Positions 13,184 to 29,634 of a stretch of DNA of 64,000 bases are shown here, in pieces; the first letter of the stretch is position 1; the number at the start of each line of letters is the position of its first letter. Under the pieces are notes generated by a model. The model did no database searches. It had not been told where the DNA came from and worked only from the letters and a program-made list of their open reading frames with translations. Origin of the DNA: Schmidtea polychroa (taxonomy: Eukaryota); assembly GCA_044892525.1 (NCBI GenBank), contig CM097885.1, positions 16,184,001 to 16,248,000 on the forward strand, read 5' to 3'. A program made the position numbers and the translations under genes.

Positions 13184-13200
13184 TATCTCCCCCCTTAAAA
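13184..13200 (-). promoter_or_regulatory. polypurine tract of element D
   Basis: Minus strand reads TTTTAAGGGGGGAGATA then TGTTG. Confidence 0.85.
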
Positions 13201-14775
13201 AAAATTTTTCGTCCTTTTTTTTTGCTGTGATTATGTCCTTGGACGTAGTTTTACATACATTTAAATATTATTAGATTGTACTTTATACTTTTCTAGTTTT
13301 TTAATTATTAAATATTTTTAGGAAGAAATCTTTTACTTATTTAACGAAAATTGGATTTCTATAAATCTAAATATTGATTTATTATTTTATTATTTTATTT
13401 GAGGGATTGTCCATTAAAATAGACATCAATATTTGACAAATCTTTACAGAACTGTTTGTGAGATACATTATGGAGTGAAAGATAATTAATTTCATTAAGG
13501 GGCAATCCCATGATGCGGAAAAGGGCTGGGCTATGGCTTCTTTAAAAATCTACTAGTTCTTTTTTTTATTAACTGAGCTGCTGTTTTTTGGAACGTCAGA
13601 ATTCCTATTATGGGTCTAAGAGTAGGAATTTTAAGAAGAAATCCATATTGGTTATACAGCCTGAAAATGGTCAAACAGCTTTTTTTGCAGCTTTCTACTC
13701 TATATTCTTCATGTGATATAAATTAGAAATGTGACTTTCTCTTTCAAAAATGAACTGCTTTATTAAAAAATAGTTCAGGAAATGACTCCTTAATTTTGTT
13801 ATGTCTTAAAAATTTTATAAGAAATTCTGAAGTAGCTACTGTATATGTTCTTGTATTTTCTCCAGTAATTACCATATAATGGAGGTTGCTTATTTGCGAA
13901 TTAACTTCCATTGAACATCCTAATTCAATCAATATGATGCGCATAATTATAATTGGTTAAAAACGCTATTCAATTAAATATGCACTTTCGATCGCACAAA
14001 TGCTTCCTAGAATTAATTAAAATGTATTACTATAATACTTTGCCCTAAACGCACTGGATTTCGTTTTGCCATTGAATCTCCTTAGAATTTACTAAATGCT
14101 ACTGAGTGTTAATTATCCCATGAAATTTCTCCGTTTACTATTTTATTAAAATGACTTGAAAATAATTAAAATTTATAATTGAATAATTAAAAATTTAAAT
14201 CAAATTTCAAAATATATATTCATTCATTTTTATTTTTAAATTATATCATGAGGATTTTTCAATATTATTTTATCTAAATAATTAATTAGTTTACTCCAAA
14301 AAGCAACGATAGTAGATAAGAACCATTAATATTCATTTTTGCCTGCCAAAAAATTAATGGAAAATTTGAATACCAGATTGTGTTATGAAGGCCACAGTTT
14401 CAATCCGAATATAACATCAAGGCATGATAAACATAAACACACTAGTCACAGTTTATTCGATGCTACTGTAGTCTTACAGTAATTGCTGATTGGGTGTAAC
14501 TAAGTTTGTAGGGAGAACGAATCTAATGATTTGATTTTAGAATTGCTTTTTGAGGAAATGAATAAGCAAACAAATAACAAGCTAATACCAGCAAATGATA
14601 ATAGAACAGTTACTTTTCGAAATCTGACCAATGAAATCCAGCTCAAAATTGAAAATCGATCATATGATTTGTTGAATGAATTATTGTCATTACTACGAAG
14701 ATGAAAAATTCAGCATGACAGCCACTTCTGTCTTATTGTAAATTTCCTATCCCAGTAGGTGTGTCGCCTCTACTC

Positions 14776-15110
14776 AAGGGAAAACTATATAATCGTGGAT
14801 TTTATTGAAACAAACAAACTTTTATCAGTTTAGTCAAATGAATTATTATCACTATCAAGTGAAATTAAAAAAATCTTTGAAAAACGCCAACAGAATATAC
14901 GTAAAAGGCATTCATCAAAAATTCCATAACTCTAATTTGAAAAGGGAAAACTATATAATCGTGGATTTTATTGAAACAAACAAACTTTTATCAGTTTAGT
15001 CAAGTGAATTATTATCACTATGAAGTGAAATTAAAAAAATTTTTTGAAAAACGCCAACAGAATATACGTAAAAGGCATTCATCAAAAATTCCATAACTCT
15101 AATTTGAAAA
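14776..15110. repeat. tandem duplication, unit about 166 bp
   Basis: AAGGGAAAACTATATAATCGTGG...CTAATTTGAAA at 14776 and 14942, near identical. Confidence 0.92.
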
Positions 15111-15372
15111 TGGTATTTTCTACAAATAATGATTAATTAATTTTCCATGATGTGACAAGGAATCAATGATAGCACTAGTGGAGAAATCGTTTCAAGAGCT
15201 CAATTGATTGGTTAAATAATTATCTGAATTTTACATAAATTTTTCATTTTGAATTTTAAAAGTCTAATGAATTTTTTTAAAAAAACTAAAACTTGATATT
15301 TATAAAATATTGCTTAGGTGGAAGTATTGTTAACATTGAATTAACTCGAAATGATCTAATGTAAGTTTTGTT

Positions 15373-15629
15373 AGTAGATGGATTGGTCACCGCGAGAACA
15401 AAGACATTTTTACCCCCCCCCCCCGGCCGGAAAAAAATTTTTAAAAATTTTTTTCAAGGTCAAATTGAAAACAAAGACATATGACTCATCAAGGTCATTG
15501 AAACAAAGACCATGACTCATCCGATGACTCATTAAGGTCATTCTCAAGGTCGTATGACTCATCAAGGCCATATTATTATTTTTAAAAATATTATTATTTC
15601 TAATGTCTTTGTTCTCGCGGTGACCTACT
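15373..15629. mobile_element. 257-bp Polinton-terminus-derived mini-element
   Basis: Starts AGTAGATGG like Polinton A; 24-bp perfect inverted repeat GGTCACCGCGAGAACAAAGACATT; ends CTACT; no clear TSD. Confidence 0.6.
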
Positions 15630-15967
15630 ATTTGGCCTGCCAAAAGTTATCGTTCCCATCAACTTATTTCATCGATCGATAGCTTACTTTAAAGCTTGGT
15701 GCAAGACCTTTCGAATGAGCTATTGTTGTCATCACCATCTTCAATATTGACAAAGTTATTAACATTTTCCCAAGACCATTTTCAAAGTCATTTGACAATT
15801 TTATTATTATTTTTTAAAATATTATTTTTTCAAGGTCATATTTTAAAATTAAATTTTACAGAGTTTCCGCCAACAAAAATTAGTAAACGATAGCTCATTT
15901 TAAAGCCCAATTCAAGACTTTTCGTATGAGCCATATATCTCGTTATTAACATTATTATTTCTAAAGA

Positions 15968-16085
<118 letters not shown>

Positions 16086-17729
16086 ATTATTATTATTATT
16101 TTGAGTATTAATCTATATACTCCGAGTTTATCCGACAAAATATTTTGTCCCCCTATGGGTAATGCTCAAAAGGGTACTGCTCACGCTCAACAACTCACAA
16201 GGGTATTATTAAACAAATCAACAAAACATACATTTATTTAAACAATAAAATAATGTAAAATTAACAAAGGTAAACTAAATATTGATGTACTAGTATTCGC
16301 AGCAATATTGTTTGAAATTGGTAACGTTGAATTGATTTTCAGATATTCTATTGATCCCTTGATTGTTTGAAGTTCTCTTAATAATAATTCGATCTTTTTT
16401 AACAAATAATCATGCTTCTTATCAATATTGAAGATGGTGATGACAACAATAGCTCATTCAAAAGGTCTCGCACCAAGCTTCAAAATAAGCTATCGACCGA
16501 TGAAATAAGTTGATGGGAACGATAACTTTTCGCAAGTTATATTCAAATTATTCACGAATTTCTGATATCTATGATCATCCATTTCTCACTAAATTACCTA
16601 AGAATTTTTAACTAATGTACGTATGCCTTAATTAATATACCCTTGCGACATATTGAATATGACCAGTACCCTTACGACAAATACACATAGGGGGACAGAA
16701 TATTTTGTCGGATAAATTCAGACTACATATATATATAAAAACTTACAATATGCTATGGTTTTTATTGATTAATTTGTTGTATATTGCATTGATACATCAA
16801 AATGTCAGATTATATTTATAAATTAACTAAAAAATACACAAAAATACTATATTACCTAAGAATTCTGTTATGTTTCAAGTTAAATAATTGGTATGATTAT
16901 CAACTATATAAAAATTGTTATGAATCCAAGAATATTTTAATTAAATGGTACAACCAAAAACATGGATTTCTAACTAAATTGGTAAATTTATCTGGAAATA
17001 TTTTACTTAAGAAATTCCTATATTTAAAATAACCTTTCACTAAATTGCCTAAAAATTTGCTATATGGTATTGTTAAACAAAATAATAATAAAATTAAAAA
17101 TAATAATATTATGTCAGGGCCTGAAAAAATAATATAATTGTATGACTAATAAATTTGCAATACAAGTGCATAATTAACAAAGACTTTGCAATAAATGGGT
17201 ATGATTAACAAATACACTAGAAATATTATCTTTGCATTTTGTCGAAGATGATTATGGCAGTAAAATCAGAGGAGAGTCAATGGACAGAAGAAAAGCATCA
17301 TTATGATTTATAATAATTGTAAACATAATTGTATATATAATTGTAAATTTCCATTTATAAATAACACTATTTTAAAAATTAATACAAATATTAAAACAAA
17401 ATGAATATGTTTTAATCAAAAAGTAGTGCAATAAAACAATAAATTTATAAAAACAAATTAAAACATTTATTTACGAAACAATAATAACCAATACTACTGT
17501 AACACATAATTTCAACTTTAAAATATTGGTTTTCTTCTTTTCCAGCATCTTCATGGTTCTTGCGAAGATCTTTTTCCCATTTTGATGAACTCATGGGTAT
17601 CCCTTCATCATATCTTCAACATTTGGTAGTTGCGCCCAATATATTTAATTACCAAGATGATTCATATTATTTGATAATTTTTCCCGTCATAATCCATTAC
17701 CATAATTCATTTCATATAATATTGAGAAC

Positions 17730-18056
17730 TTACATATATATAGTATGATATTCATTAATCTGTGCTGAACAAGCTTGGCAATTGTGAACATTCTTCTCGT
17801 GACACTTAGAACAAACAATTACGTGACCACACGGTAAATACAAAACCGAAACTTGATTTTCCTTACAAATTGAACAAGTTAAATACCTTTTCTTAACATC
17901 GTTCAGTTTTTCCGTTAGCTTATTTTCAATCAAATCAGCTTTTGCTATCCATTCATAAATCAATCAACTATATCCCGGTTTCAACCTTAAATACATGCAA
18001 CTCCAAAAGTATTCATTCAGTGAATGGTTGTTTACCACTGTTTTTTCTAAATACAT
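17730..18056 (-). pseudogene. IAP/MDM2-type C-terminal RING finger protein with one in-frame stop
   Basis: CSICKENQVSVLYLPCGHVIVCSKC...CQAC...IYM; upstream ATG at 18056 is in frame, with TGA at 17964-17966; no BIR domain visible. Confidence 0.75.
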
Positions 18057-18124
18057 TAAATAACTAGATAACTTTAAAATGCATTTATCATAATTAAATA
18101 AATCAATCAAATATTCAATAGAGG

Positions 18125-20960
<2,836 letters not shown>

Positions 20961-21404
20961 AGTGAACAGTACCATTTTGTTTTGTTGAGCGTGAGCAGTA
21001 CCCTTTTCGTTTGCGGGAACTCTGTAAATTTTAATTTTAAAATATGACATTGAGAAAAAAACAAATGACCTTGAGAAAAAACAAATGACCTTGAAAATGA
21101 TCTTGGGAAAATGGTAATAACTTTGCCAATATTAAAGATGGTGATGTCAACAATAGCTCATTCTAAAGTTTTTGCACCAGGCTGTTATAATAAGCTATCG
21201 GTCGATGAAATAAGTTGATGGGAACGATAACTTTTAATCTATTCGTTAAGTCTCCTACCGCACCGACCGACTCATAATATCACTTTGTTTACTCCCCATG
21301 ATAAGCACTAGCGGTGTCACCAATTGTCGGTATTCCACTTTTATCTTTCCGCCTGATAAAATATCTGCGATGAACATTAATATTCCTAATATCTAGATGA
21401 ATAT

Positions 21405-21575
21405 TTAATTATCCTGCGGTTTTTGACGTAGCCGGTACTGATAGGCTCTATAATTAATAACCCTGTGGTTTCTTAACGTAGCCTGTACTGATGAGCTTTC
21501 TAATTAATTACCCTGTGGTTTGTTAACGTAGCCTGTAAGCGTCCTATATAAGTTTCTGCTTTAGCACTTATCATT
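21405..21575 (+). promoter_or_regulatory. putative promoter: three ~50-bp tandem repeats, TATA box and initiator
   Basis: CCTG(C/T)GGTT...ACGTAGCC(G/T)GTA three times, TATATAAG at 21545, TCATT at 21571, followed by GTAAG...TTTTAG intron-like segments. Confidence 0.55.
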
Positions 21576-22925
21576 AGTTTTGTCTTACCAATCTTCAAGT
21601 AAGCCTTTTATATTTTATTTCTTTTTCATATTTTTTTTGATTTTTAGTAACACCATCCCTCAAATAATATGGACGTAAGTGATTGCTTATTTTTTTTTAT
21701 TTATTGTGATTTTTTACCATGCTGTCCTCAACTATTAGTAATGCGTTCCCTCATAGCAACCGAACATTTGCAATCGCTGTCCAGGGTAGCCAAACCACGG
21801 TGATTGCAAGTGCTCGTGTTGCTTATTAAATTAACTTATTTACTTTTTAATTTTAGTTTATTAATTTGTTTATGTAACTACCTATACTACACTCATGTTT
21901 CGGGCATATATTTTGATTTTTTTTGTATTCATAATAAAAGCAAACCTCTAATTACAACTACTCGTATTTGCTAATGATTGCGCTTGCATTTTCCTAACAA
22001 TTTTAGCCGTATTTATACTTATTTATTTATTACGTAATTCTTAAAAATCAATTACTTCTCTGCACTAACTATTTAGCGAGGGCGCCATGGTACGGAATTT
22101 TACATAGCATTTATTTCATTTTTTTTTCAACCCTTACTATTTTAGGCTGTCACAGAACCTAAGTTTGAACATCTCGATGTTATGGAATGGTTATTTGACT
22201 GATATACTAACAGGTTTTTTAATTTCTTTTTCAGGGTCCCTTTACTACCGCGTCGAAAGGGATTGAAACGTACCTTTGCCTGTGTGGATACAGGCAGTAG
22301 GCTCGAAAGACGCCCGCCTTGCAATGTACACAAGGAATGGGACTGCGGCATCCAAAGTCCCGATCTGCTGGACTCCGATGATGAATAGGACTTTGTGAAT
22401 AAATGTTCAGCATGCATTTGTTTTTATTTTCTGGACAGTATATCTATTGGGGTATCCGATCTACCTCTCTTAATTTATGCTAGAAAGGGTGGGGTAATTG
22501 TGTCCCTCTTCGTGATTAGTCTTTGTTCCTACTACTATGAAATTATTCCTTACCTACTAATATTAAATGGTTATAATTTTGTTCTCTCGCCCCAGTAGGT
22601 TACCCATGGCTATTCAATTATGCTAATTCATTAATTACTAATCAGCCATTTAATGTTATTTATTTCTAGTATTTATTTAAGGTAGTCATTTATTTATTTC
22701 CAACATTTATTTAAGTTATTCGTTTTCTATTTGCTCGTTTTACTTTGTTTATTTTTATCTATTATTTATTTATTCAATTTATCACTTTACTAATTATTTA
22801 TTTATATCAATTTGTTAATTGTTTATTCATTTGATTATTTATTTGTTAATTTACTTATATTTATTTAAACTAATTTTTTTTCGAGGACGAAAATACACAA
22901 ACAGGGTCCGTTAAAATAATTTATT

Positions 22926-23171
22926 TTAGTCTAATTGATTTATCTCACCCTCATCCTCCGATTCTTCTATTTCTTCTACACTCATCCGAAACATCGGGAA
23001 ATCGGCTTCGTGTAGAAACAATAAGATTTCCATACGATCCAACCGCCTTTTCAGACGGAAGTTTTCTTCCTCCAAATCTGTTATTCTGCCCTGCTTACTA
23101 CAAAACTTCTGCTTCAGTTCTTGCGTATTTGTTTTGCACTCTTTGCATGACATCTCCGAGGCTTCTTGCAT
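22926..23171 (-). CDS. small coiled-coil/acidic ORF in the 3' region of element D (possibly a terminal exon)
   Basis: ITDLEEENFRLKRRLDRMEILL heptads; TTTCAG acceptor just upstream. Confidence 0.35.
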   Translation of the reverse strand: MQEASEMSCKECKTNTQELKQKFCSKQGRITDLEEENFRLKRRLDRMEILLFLHEADFPMFRMSVEEIEESEDEGEINQLD

Positions 23172-23352
23172 TTTCTGAAATTAAATGATAGTTATTTTTT
23201 TGTATCATTATTTATTCGCAAAGCATCAACACCTTGCTTTGAATCCTATCAAACAAATTACACAGTTCATCCTATAGTACTTATAAAACATGCACATTGT
23301 CGATATAATGCAATATATTTTTGTACACTATTTATAGCATGCAGATCACAAT

Positions 23353-24904
23353 TTATAGTCTTGTTTCATAATATGAATATGATGGTGGTTGAAGGATAGT
23401 TAGTTGTCTCTCTTTTACACATATCAAGATGGTGATGGTTATGAATGTTATTGATAAGATGAGAAAACCTGTTATCAAAATGTAAATGAGATATTCACAA
23501 TAGTTGACTGTCAAGTCCGAATTTGTCATCATTAGTTTATTTAAGTTAGGTTTTGTCGTCTCTTGGGTTGGCAATTGGAAAGGTGATGTGGTTGTATATG
23601 ATTTTCGTTTCGATTCATTGATTGTCTTGACTTCCACGAAAACTGTTTGCCATCTGCCTGGTTCGGTTATCCATCGCTGATATTTAACTGTTAATTCCCA
23701 TGCCGTCTCTAAATCAGAAGTGTAAAGTGTAAAAAAATGATTACCGGCATCTAATATAGTCAGGGTTTTTTGTTTGTAGATAATAACGACTCTTTCATCA
23801 TTTCCTGATTTTCAATATATCGTTACCGGTCCATTTCCAACACTCAGGGTTATACGATTTGACTCGTCTCTGAGATAGATAGACTGGGTCTCACTCTTAA
23901 ATCGTGACCATTGGTTTCTCAATACCGTTCCATTTTCGAGGCATATGTTCTCGTAGTAGTTTGCATTAATTGAATAACTTTGATTCATTTTCAATTTTTC
24001 ATAGCGGACAAATGATTTTTGCGTGTTAAGGGTGTCGACATTTAACCCTTGAAATGTGATTCGCACTTTCACCAAGTCCACTGGCTTCCAATATATATTG
24101 ATTCCATTTATCTCTGTTTCTATTTCGATCAAGTTTCGCATTTATTTTGTGTGCACTTCTATCGGAATTTGCGTGTACCACTTTGACATGTTCTGTCTCA
24201 ACAGCCATTGGTATTTGAAATTTGGCTTTAACTTTCGTACAGCAAATATATCTTTATCATAATTCAGTTCTACCACTGGTGCCATATTGTCTAGTAAATT
24301 AATAATCTCTATTTGGTCTGCGATCTCGCATTTACAGCTCCACACAATATTTGTTAGAGTGGAATATATATGTATTTTCTCCATTCCTTGGATTTTGTTT
24401 ACCGCATATGGCAAGTCAATCCTTTTGCCGCTCGCGACTGTTACAAACATCAGCATTATTGCTACATATAATATCTTATTGATGTAGCTGACTGGTGTTG
24501 GATTTTTCGTGAATTTCTGTTTCAATTTTGTTTGACCCGTTACTTTATTCTGCTTGGATCTTAAGGGGTATCTAGATTCATCTTCCTCTGGCACTAATTT
24601 ACATCGATTTGCATGCACAATCATCGGGTTAGCCTTTTTACTCCTGAATGGTAATAACTTCAAATTGGTTTTGGTGGTGTCGCACACTTTGTAGGGTCCT
24701 TTAAATGGTCTTTGCAATTTAGGCGATAAACCTTTGAGAGGTTCCGGTCTGTTAAGATATACTAGATCTCCAATCTTTATGCCATGCGCATGTGCTTTTT
24801 TATCGTAGGTTTCTTTATATTTCTCCTGGTTGTGCTTTATTGTCAAACCGGCTTTAGTCCATACTGACTGCATTTTTTCTTGCATCATTGCTTTATAATC
24901 GGGT
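23353..24904 (-). pseudogene. integrase C-terminus (GPY/F) of element D continuing in frame into a signal peptide, ectodomain and TM segment
   Basis: IKIGDLVYL...KLQRPFKGPYKV, then ILYVAIMLMFVTVASG. ORFs 24142-24960, 23812-24141 and 23353-23637 share one frame. TM YLIYILITGFLILSITFITITILICV; tail PPSYSYYETRL. Confidence 0.75.
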
Positions 24905-24910
24905 ATCTCC

Positions 24911-25217
24911 AGTAGTGTGTATCTATCCCTAACGACCACAAGCCTCCCAACTGTTTTCATGTTTTATACCTATTTTTTCCCGTTTTATACCTATTTTTCC
25001 CTCATAAACGTAAAAAAAAACACTTAAAACCTTAAAAACCTATATCTTTTAATTTCTTTATTCCGAAGACATTTTGCTTTCAAAATAAAAACTTAAAAAA
25101 CAACAAAAATATTAAAAAAACAACACAAAATGTTAATAAAACAGGGAAAAAAAATACTGATAAAACTATGAAAAACGTTTGTCGGCTTGCGGTCGTTAGG
25201 GATAGATACACACTACT
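24911..25217. repeat. left TIR of C, itself bounded by inverted repeats
   Basis: AGTAGTGTGTATCTATCCCTAACGACC...GGTCGTTAGGGATAGATACACACTACT. Confidence 0.93.
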
Positions 25218-25220
25218 TGC

Positions 25221-25370
25221 AGGTCGCCAGTTTATCAAGTCGCCAGTTTATCAAGTCGCCAGTTTATCAAGTCGATAGTTTGTCAAGTCGATGATGCAAT
25301 CGCTGCGGTCTTGGCAAGTCGACAGCTTGGTAAGTCGACAGCTTGGCAGGTCGATAGCTTGGCAAGCTGC
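25221..25370. repeat. 16-bp tandem repeats (AAGTCGCCAGTTTATC and variants) upstream of pPolB
   Basis: About 8 degenerate units visible. Confidence 0.85.
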
Positions 25371-25526
25371 TAGAATATAAATATAAAAAAAATAAAAAAA
25401 AAATAAAAATAAAAATAAAAAAATAAAAAAAATAAAAATAAAAAAAAATAAAAATAAAAATAAAAATAAATATATAAAAATTTAAAATTTAAAAACAACG
25501 TATCCAGTAAAAAATTTTTTCTAAAA

Positions 25527-28500
25527 ATGAATTGTAATATTTGCAATAAAGTTTTTAAAAATAAAACAGGATTAATTTCTCACTATAAATCGAAAGCTCA
25601 CTTACTAAAAGAAAATAATCTTAATGACACAAATTCAAAAGTTTGTACTAAATGTAAAGGAAGATTTCTACATTCTGGATATAATAAACATTTTGAAAAT
25701 TGTATCGGGAAAAATAGAGAAATATTTACATGTCCTCATTGTAACTTTTCAACAAAACTAAATTTCTATTATTTAAGACATTTAAAAGAATGTAAAAATA
25801 AAAAACAAAGTTCTGACGTTGAAGAATGTCATTCAGAAGGAGAACCTGATCATGTTGAAAGAGAAAAATACAACTGGGATGATTTTAATCATATAGATGA
25901 ATTTCAATTAAAAATTAATGGACCTGCAACCCCTGGAGAATATATAAGGAGAAATAAAAAAAATAATAAAAATTCTTTCACTGAAGCTTTAAAAAATTAT
26001 AAACCAACAAGGTATAATGTTATAAAATATAAAATTACAATCAAAGCAAAATATTGGAGAGGACCAGAAGAAAAGACAACTCCTTTAGATGTTGAAATTG
26101 GAATACCTTTTAAATATTTATTTTCAACTAGAGGATTTAATAAAAGCATCAAAGAAATAATTCAAGCAGTAGAAGCAAAACAAGAATAGGTTGAAAATGA
26201 ATTAGGAGATTCAAACTTAGTATTCAACTCTTTCCAAACTTTAGTGATTGATTATTGGAGAGGATTACCACCTAATCCTAAATCTTATATTCAAACACCC
26301 TTTAGATCTAGGGTTGTTATAAATGTACAGAATAAGGATAACAAATGTTTCATGTGGTCAATACTTGCACATTTACATCCTCAAGAATCAAACCCTCAAA
26401 GAGTTTCAAAATACAAACAATATGAAAATGAATTAATATTTCCCAAGGGATTCACACACCCAATGAAACTAGAAGACATTCCAGAATTTGAAAAACTAAA
26501 TAATCTTAAACTTAATATTTATGAACATGTTAAAGGATGGGGACATAGAAGGAAAGATATTATTCCAATTTATATTTCTGATAGTGATAGCACGAGGGAG
26601 ATATATCTTTTAATCTTGGAAGAAGAAAATAATCAACATTTTATTTTAATAAAAAACTTTCAAGCTTTTACATCACCAGAGAATCCAACTTGTGGAGGAG
26701 GAACATGTAAAAGATGTCTTCATTATTCAACAACTAAAAACTCTATGATTAAACATACAAGAATTTGTGAAAAAGATGATCCAGCTTTAATTAGAATGCC
26801 TAATAACCCCAAGATGCATTTTAAAAACTTTTCAAATTTATTACAAACATTAGGAGTTGTCTATGGAGACTTTGAATGTATAAATCGCGAACAAGATATA
26901 ATTATACAATATTTAAAAATAATAGAAAAATATAAACTCATGGATGAATGGAAAGCCTCTAAACAGAAGGAGAAACCAACAAGGATGAAAGCCTTTCTAA
27001 GAAAAAAGAATAAACCCAATAGTATCAAACAAGCTAAACAATTACCATCTGCTTATAAACTATTATTTAAAAGTAATTATCCTGAACTCATAAAATCTAG
27101 AGAATATTCATTTAGAGGAACTTCTTCAGAAGAGGTTCTAGATCACTTTACTAAAAGTATAAATAGCTTAGAACACGAAATATTTAAAGTATAAAAACAA
27201 GCTATCCTCAAAATATTTCAGAACAACAACAGGAAGAATATGAAAACGCTTCAAATTGTTGGATGTGTAAACAACCCTTTGAGGAACTCTCTCTCTCTCT
27301 GAAAGTCATTCTGATATTAGATCTCTAACTATTGACCAAATAGAAGCAGAAGAAACAAGATTATTTCATGAAGGACAAGATAATGCAAAAGTTATAGATC
27401 ATGATCATTTAAAAAGTGAAAATAATTATCGAGGAGCAGCTCATAGAAATTGCAATCTTAATTGTCATACTCCCAAATTTGTACCTGTTATATTTCATAA
27501 TCTTTTTGGTTATGACATACATCTATTTATTAAACATTTAGCAGCAAATGCTAAAAACTCTTTCAAAGTTATCGGCTTAACAAAGGAAAAATATAAATCA
27601 GTAGAATATGGAAAATTAAAATTTATAGACTCGTTAAGCTTTCTCCAAATGTCTTTAGATGCAGTGGCAAAAACAATGAAACCAGAATATTTTAAAATCA
27701 CTCGAGAATTCTTGGAAAAAAATAATATTCCTCTAGAAGAATATCCTACATGTTTAGCAAAAGGAATATATCCATATGATTATATGAATTCATTTGAAAG
27801 ATATAATGAAACAAGTCTTCCTAACCAAGAAACATTCTTTTCACAACTTCAACAATATCATATTACAGATCAAGAATATTCTCGAGCAAATAAAATGTGG
27901 GAATTATTTGACTGTAAAACTTTAGGAGAATATACTGACATGTACCTATCCTTGGATGTTTATATTCTAGCAGATTGCTTTGAAGAATTTACAAACTCTT
28001 TTGTTCTTAAACCCTACAATTATATAACAGCACCCTCTTTAGCTTGGGATACTTTATTATATACCATTTGGACTTCAGATCTTCCAGAATCTGATAAAAT
28101 TATAGATCTTTTAACCGACCAAGATATGTTTAATCAAATTAAAGCAAACATTAGAGGAGGACTCTCTTCAGTAATGGGTAATCGAGAAATAAAAGCTAGA
28201 AATGCAATAACTACTAGTAGAATACTTTCTAAACATCCTGAGGCACATATACAACTTAATAGTGAGGAACTAAAAGAAGTATTAGAAGGAATGAAAAATC
28301 CTCTATTTATACTTTATATAGATGCAACAGCTTTATATTCAGGAATTATGACTCAATATTTACCAATGGGTGATTTCATTGAGATGGAACCAACAGACGA
28401 TCTTATAAAAGAAATACTTTCAACCCCGAAAGATTCTCCAATAGGATACTTTGTAGAATGTGACCTTGACTATCCTGATGATATAAAATCAGGAACAAGA

Positions 28501-29560
28501 CATTTCCCTTTAGCTCCTATAAGAAGAAAGATTGATATCAACGAACTTTCTGAATGGCAAATCTCACAAGATAAACCTCCAACAATGAAACTTCTTTACT
28601 GCAGTAGAACTAAAGAATTATGAGAAAACATATAATAAACCAATATTTATTGGCTTTGCAATTTTAGAACTTTCAAAATTACAAATGTATGAAACATATT
28701 ATAACATCTTACAACCTATATATGGATCGAATATAGCAATGCATGCAATGGATACAGATTCAATGTTTTTAACAATAAGAACTCACGATTTACAAAGTGA
28801 TATCTCTGAAAATCCTATACTTTCAAATTTAATAAATTCATCTGGAGAATTATTTTCGTTTAAAGATGAAAAACCTTTTACTCCTATAGAAAATGGAATA
28901 TTTATTCGTGCTAAACAATATTCATATGAAACATTTACAAATCCTAAATTTGAAGAACATACATTTATATTTAAAACCCCAGAAACAGAAGAAAGCATTA
29001 CACATAGATATCCTATATTCCCTAAAGGACATGACGGACAGGGAGAAAAACCTGTAAAGGATAACAGATGTAAAGGAATTCAGAGATGTGTAGCAAAGAA
29101 TCTTTCTCATCAAGATTATATAGATACATTGAATCCAAATCATAAAGATAAAATTGATGAAATACATCAACTTAAAAGTGAAAAGCATGATATTTACTTG
29201 ATAGAATCCCAAAAAGTATCATTATCAAATTATGATGACAAAAGATTCATACTAAGTGATTTAAAGACAACTCTTCCTATAGGAAATAATTTAATACCGA
29301 TAATAAAAAATCTTGATAGATTGAATCAGTTATATGGTACAAAGATTACTGATCTTGATATTTATAATGTTGAAATCATTTATCCTGAGAGAATTGAGAA
29401 ACCTTTATATTCTCAAGTTTTTAATCCTATATGTTTAGAACTTAAATATTTTAATACTGATCCTGAATATATAAAAGGTCTAAGTGATAAAGAATTTAAA
29501 GATCATAAAGAGGTTCTAAAAACTAATTTCGAAAAGTTAACATCAGATTCTATCAAATGA
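25527..29560 (+). pseudogene. protein-primed family B DNA polymerase (N-terminal zinc fingers, endonuclease VII-like insert), inactivated
   Basis: VINVQNKDNKCFMWSILA, ExoI YGDFEC, DHDH...RGAAHRNCNL, FHNLFGYD, KGIYPYDYM, IRGGLS, motif A YIDATALY, motif C MDTDS, KVSLSNYDDKRFI. Stops at 26187 and 27192, frameshift near the (CT)n at 27290, and a deletion near 28610 that removes motif B. Confidence 0.95.
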
Positions 29561-29634
29561 TTTTTTTCTTTTAAAAATGTCAACAATTAATTTAAGAGTG
29601 ACAACATCAACCTTTTGAAGGGCAATAAATTTTT

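Noticed and set aside
24905..24960. N-terminus MKTVGRLVVVRDRYTLL of ORF 24142-24960
   Set aside because: Read-through from the Polinton TIR; the real upstream sequence lies beyond 38665
25221..25370. CRISPR-like array
   Set aside because: Head-to-tail 16-bp repeats without unique spacers; eukaryotic context, no cas genes
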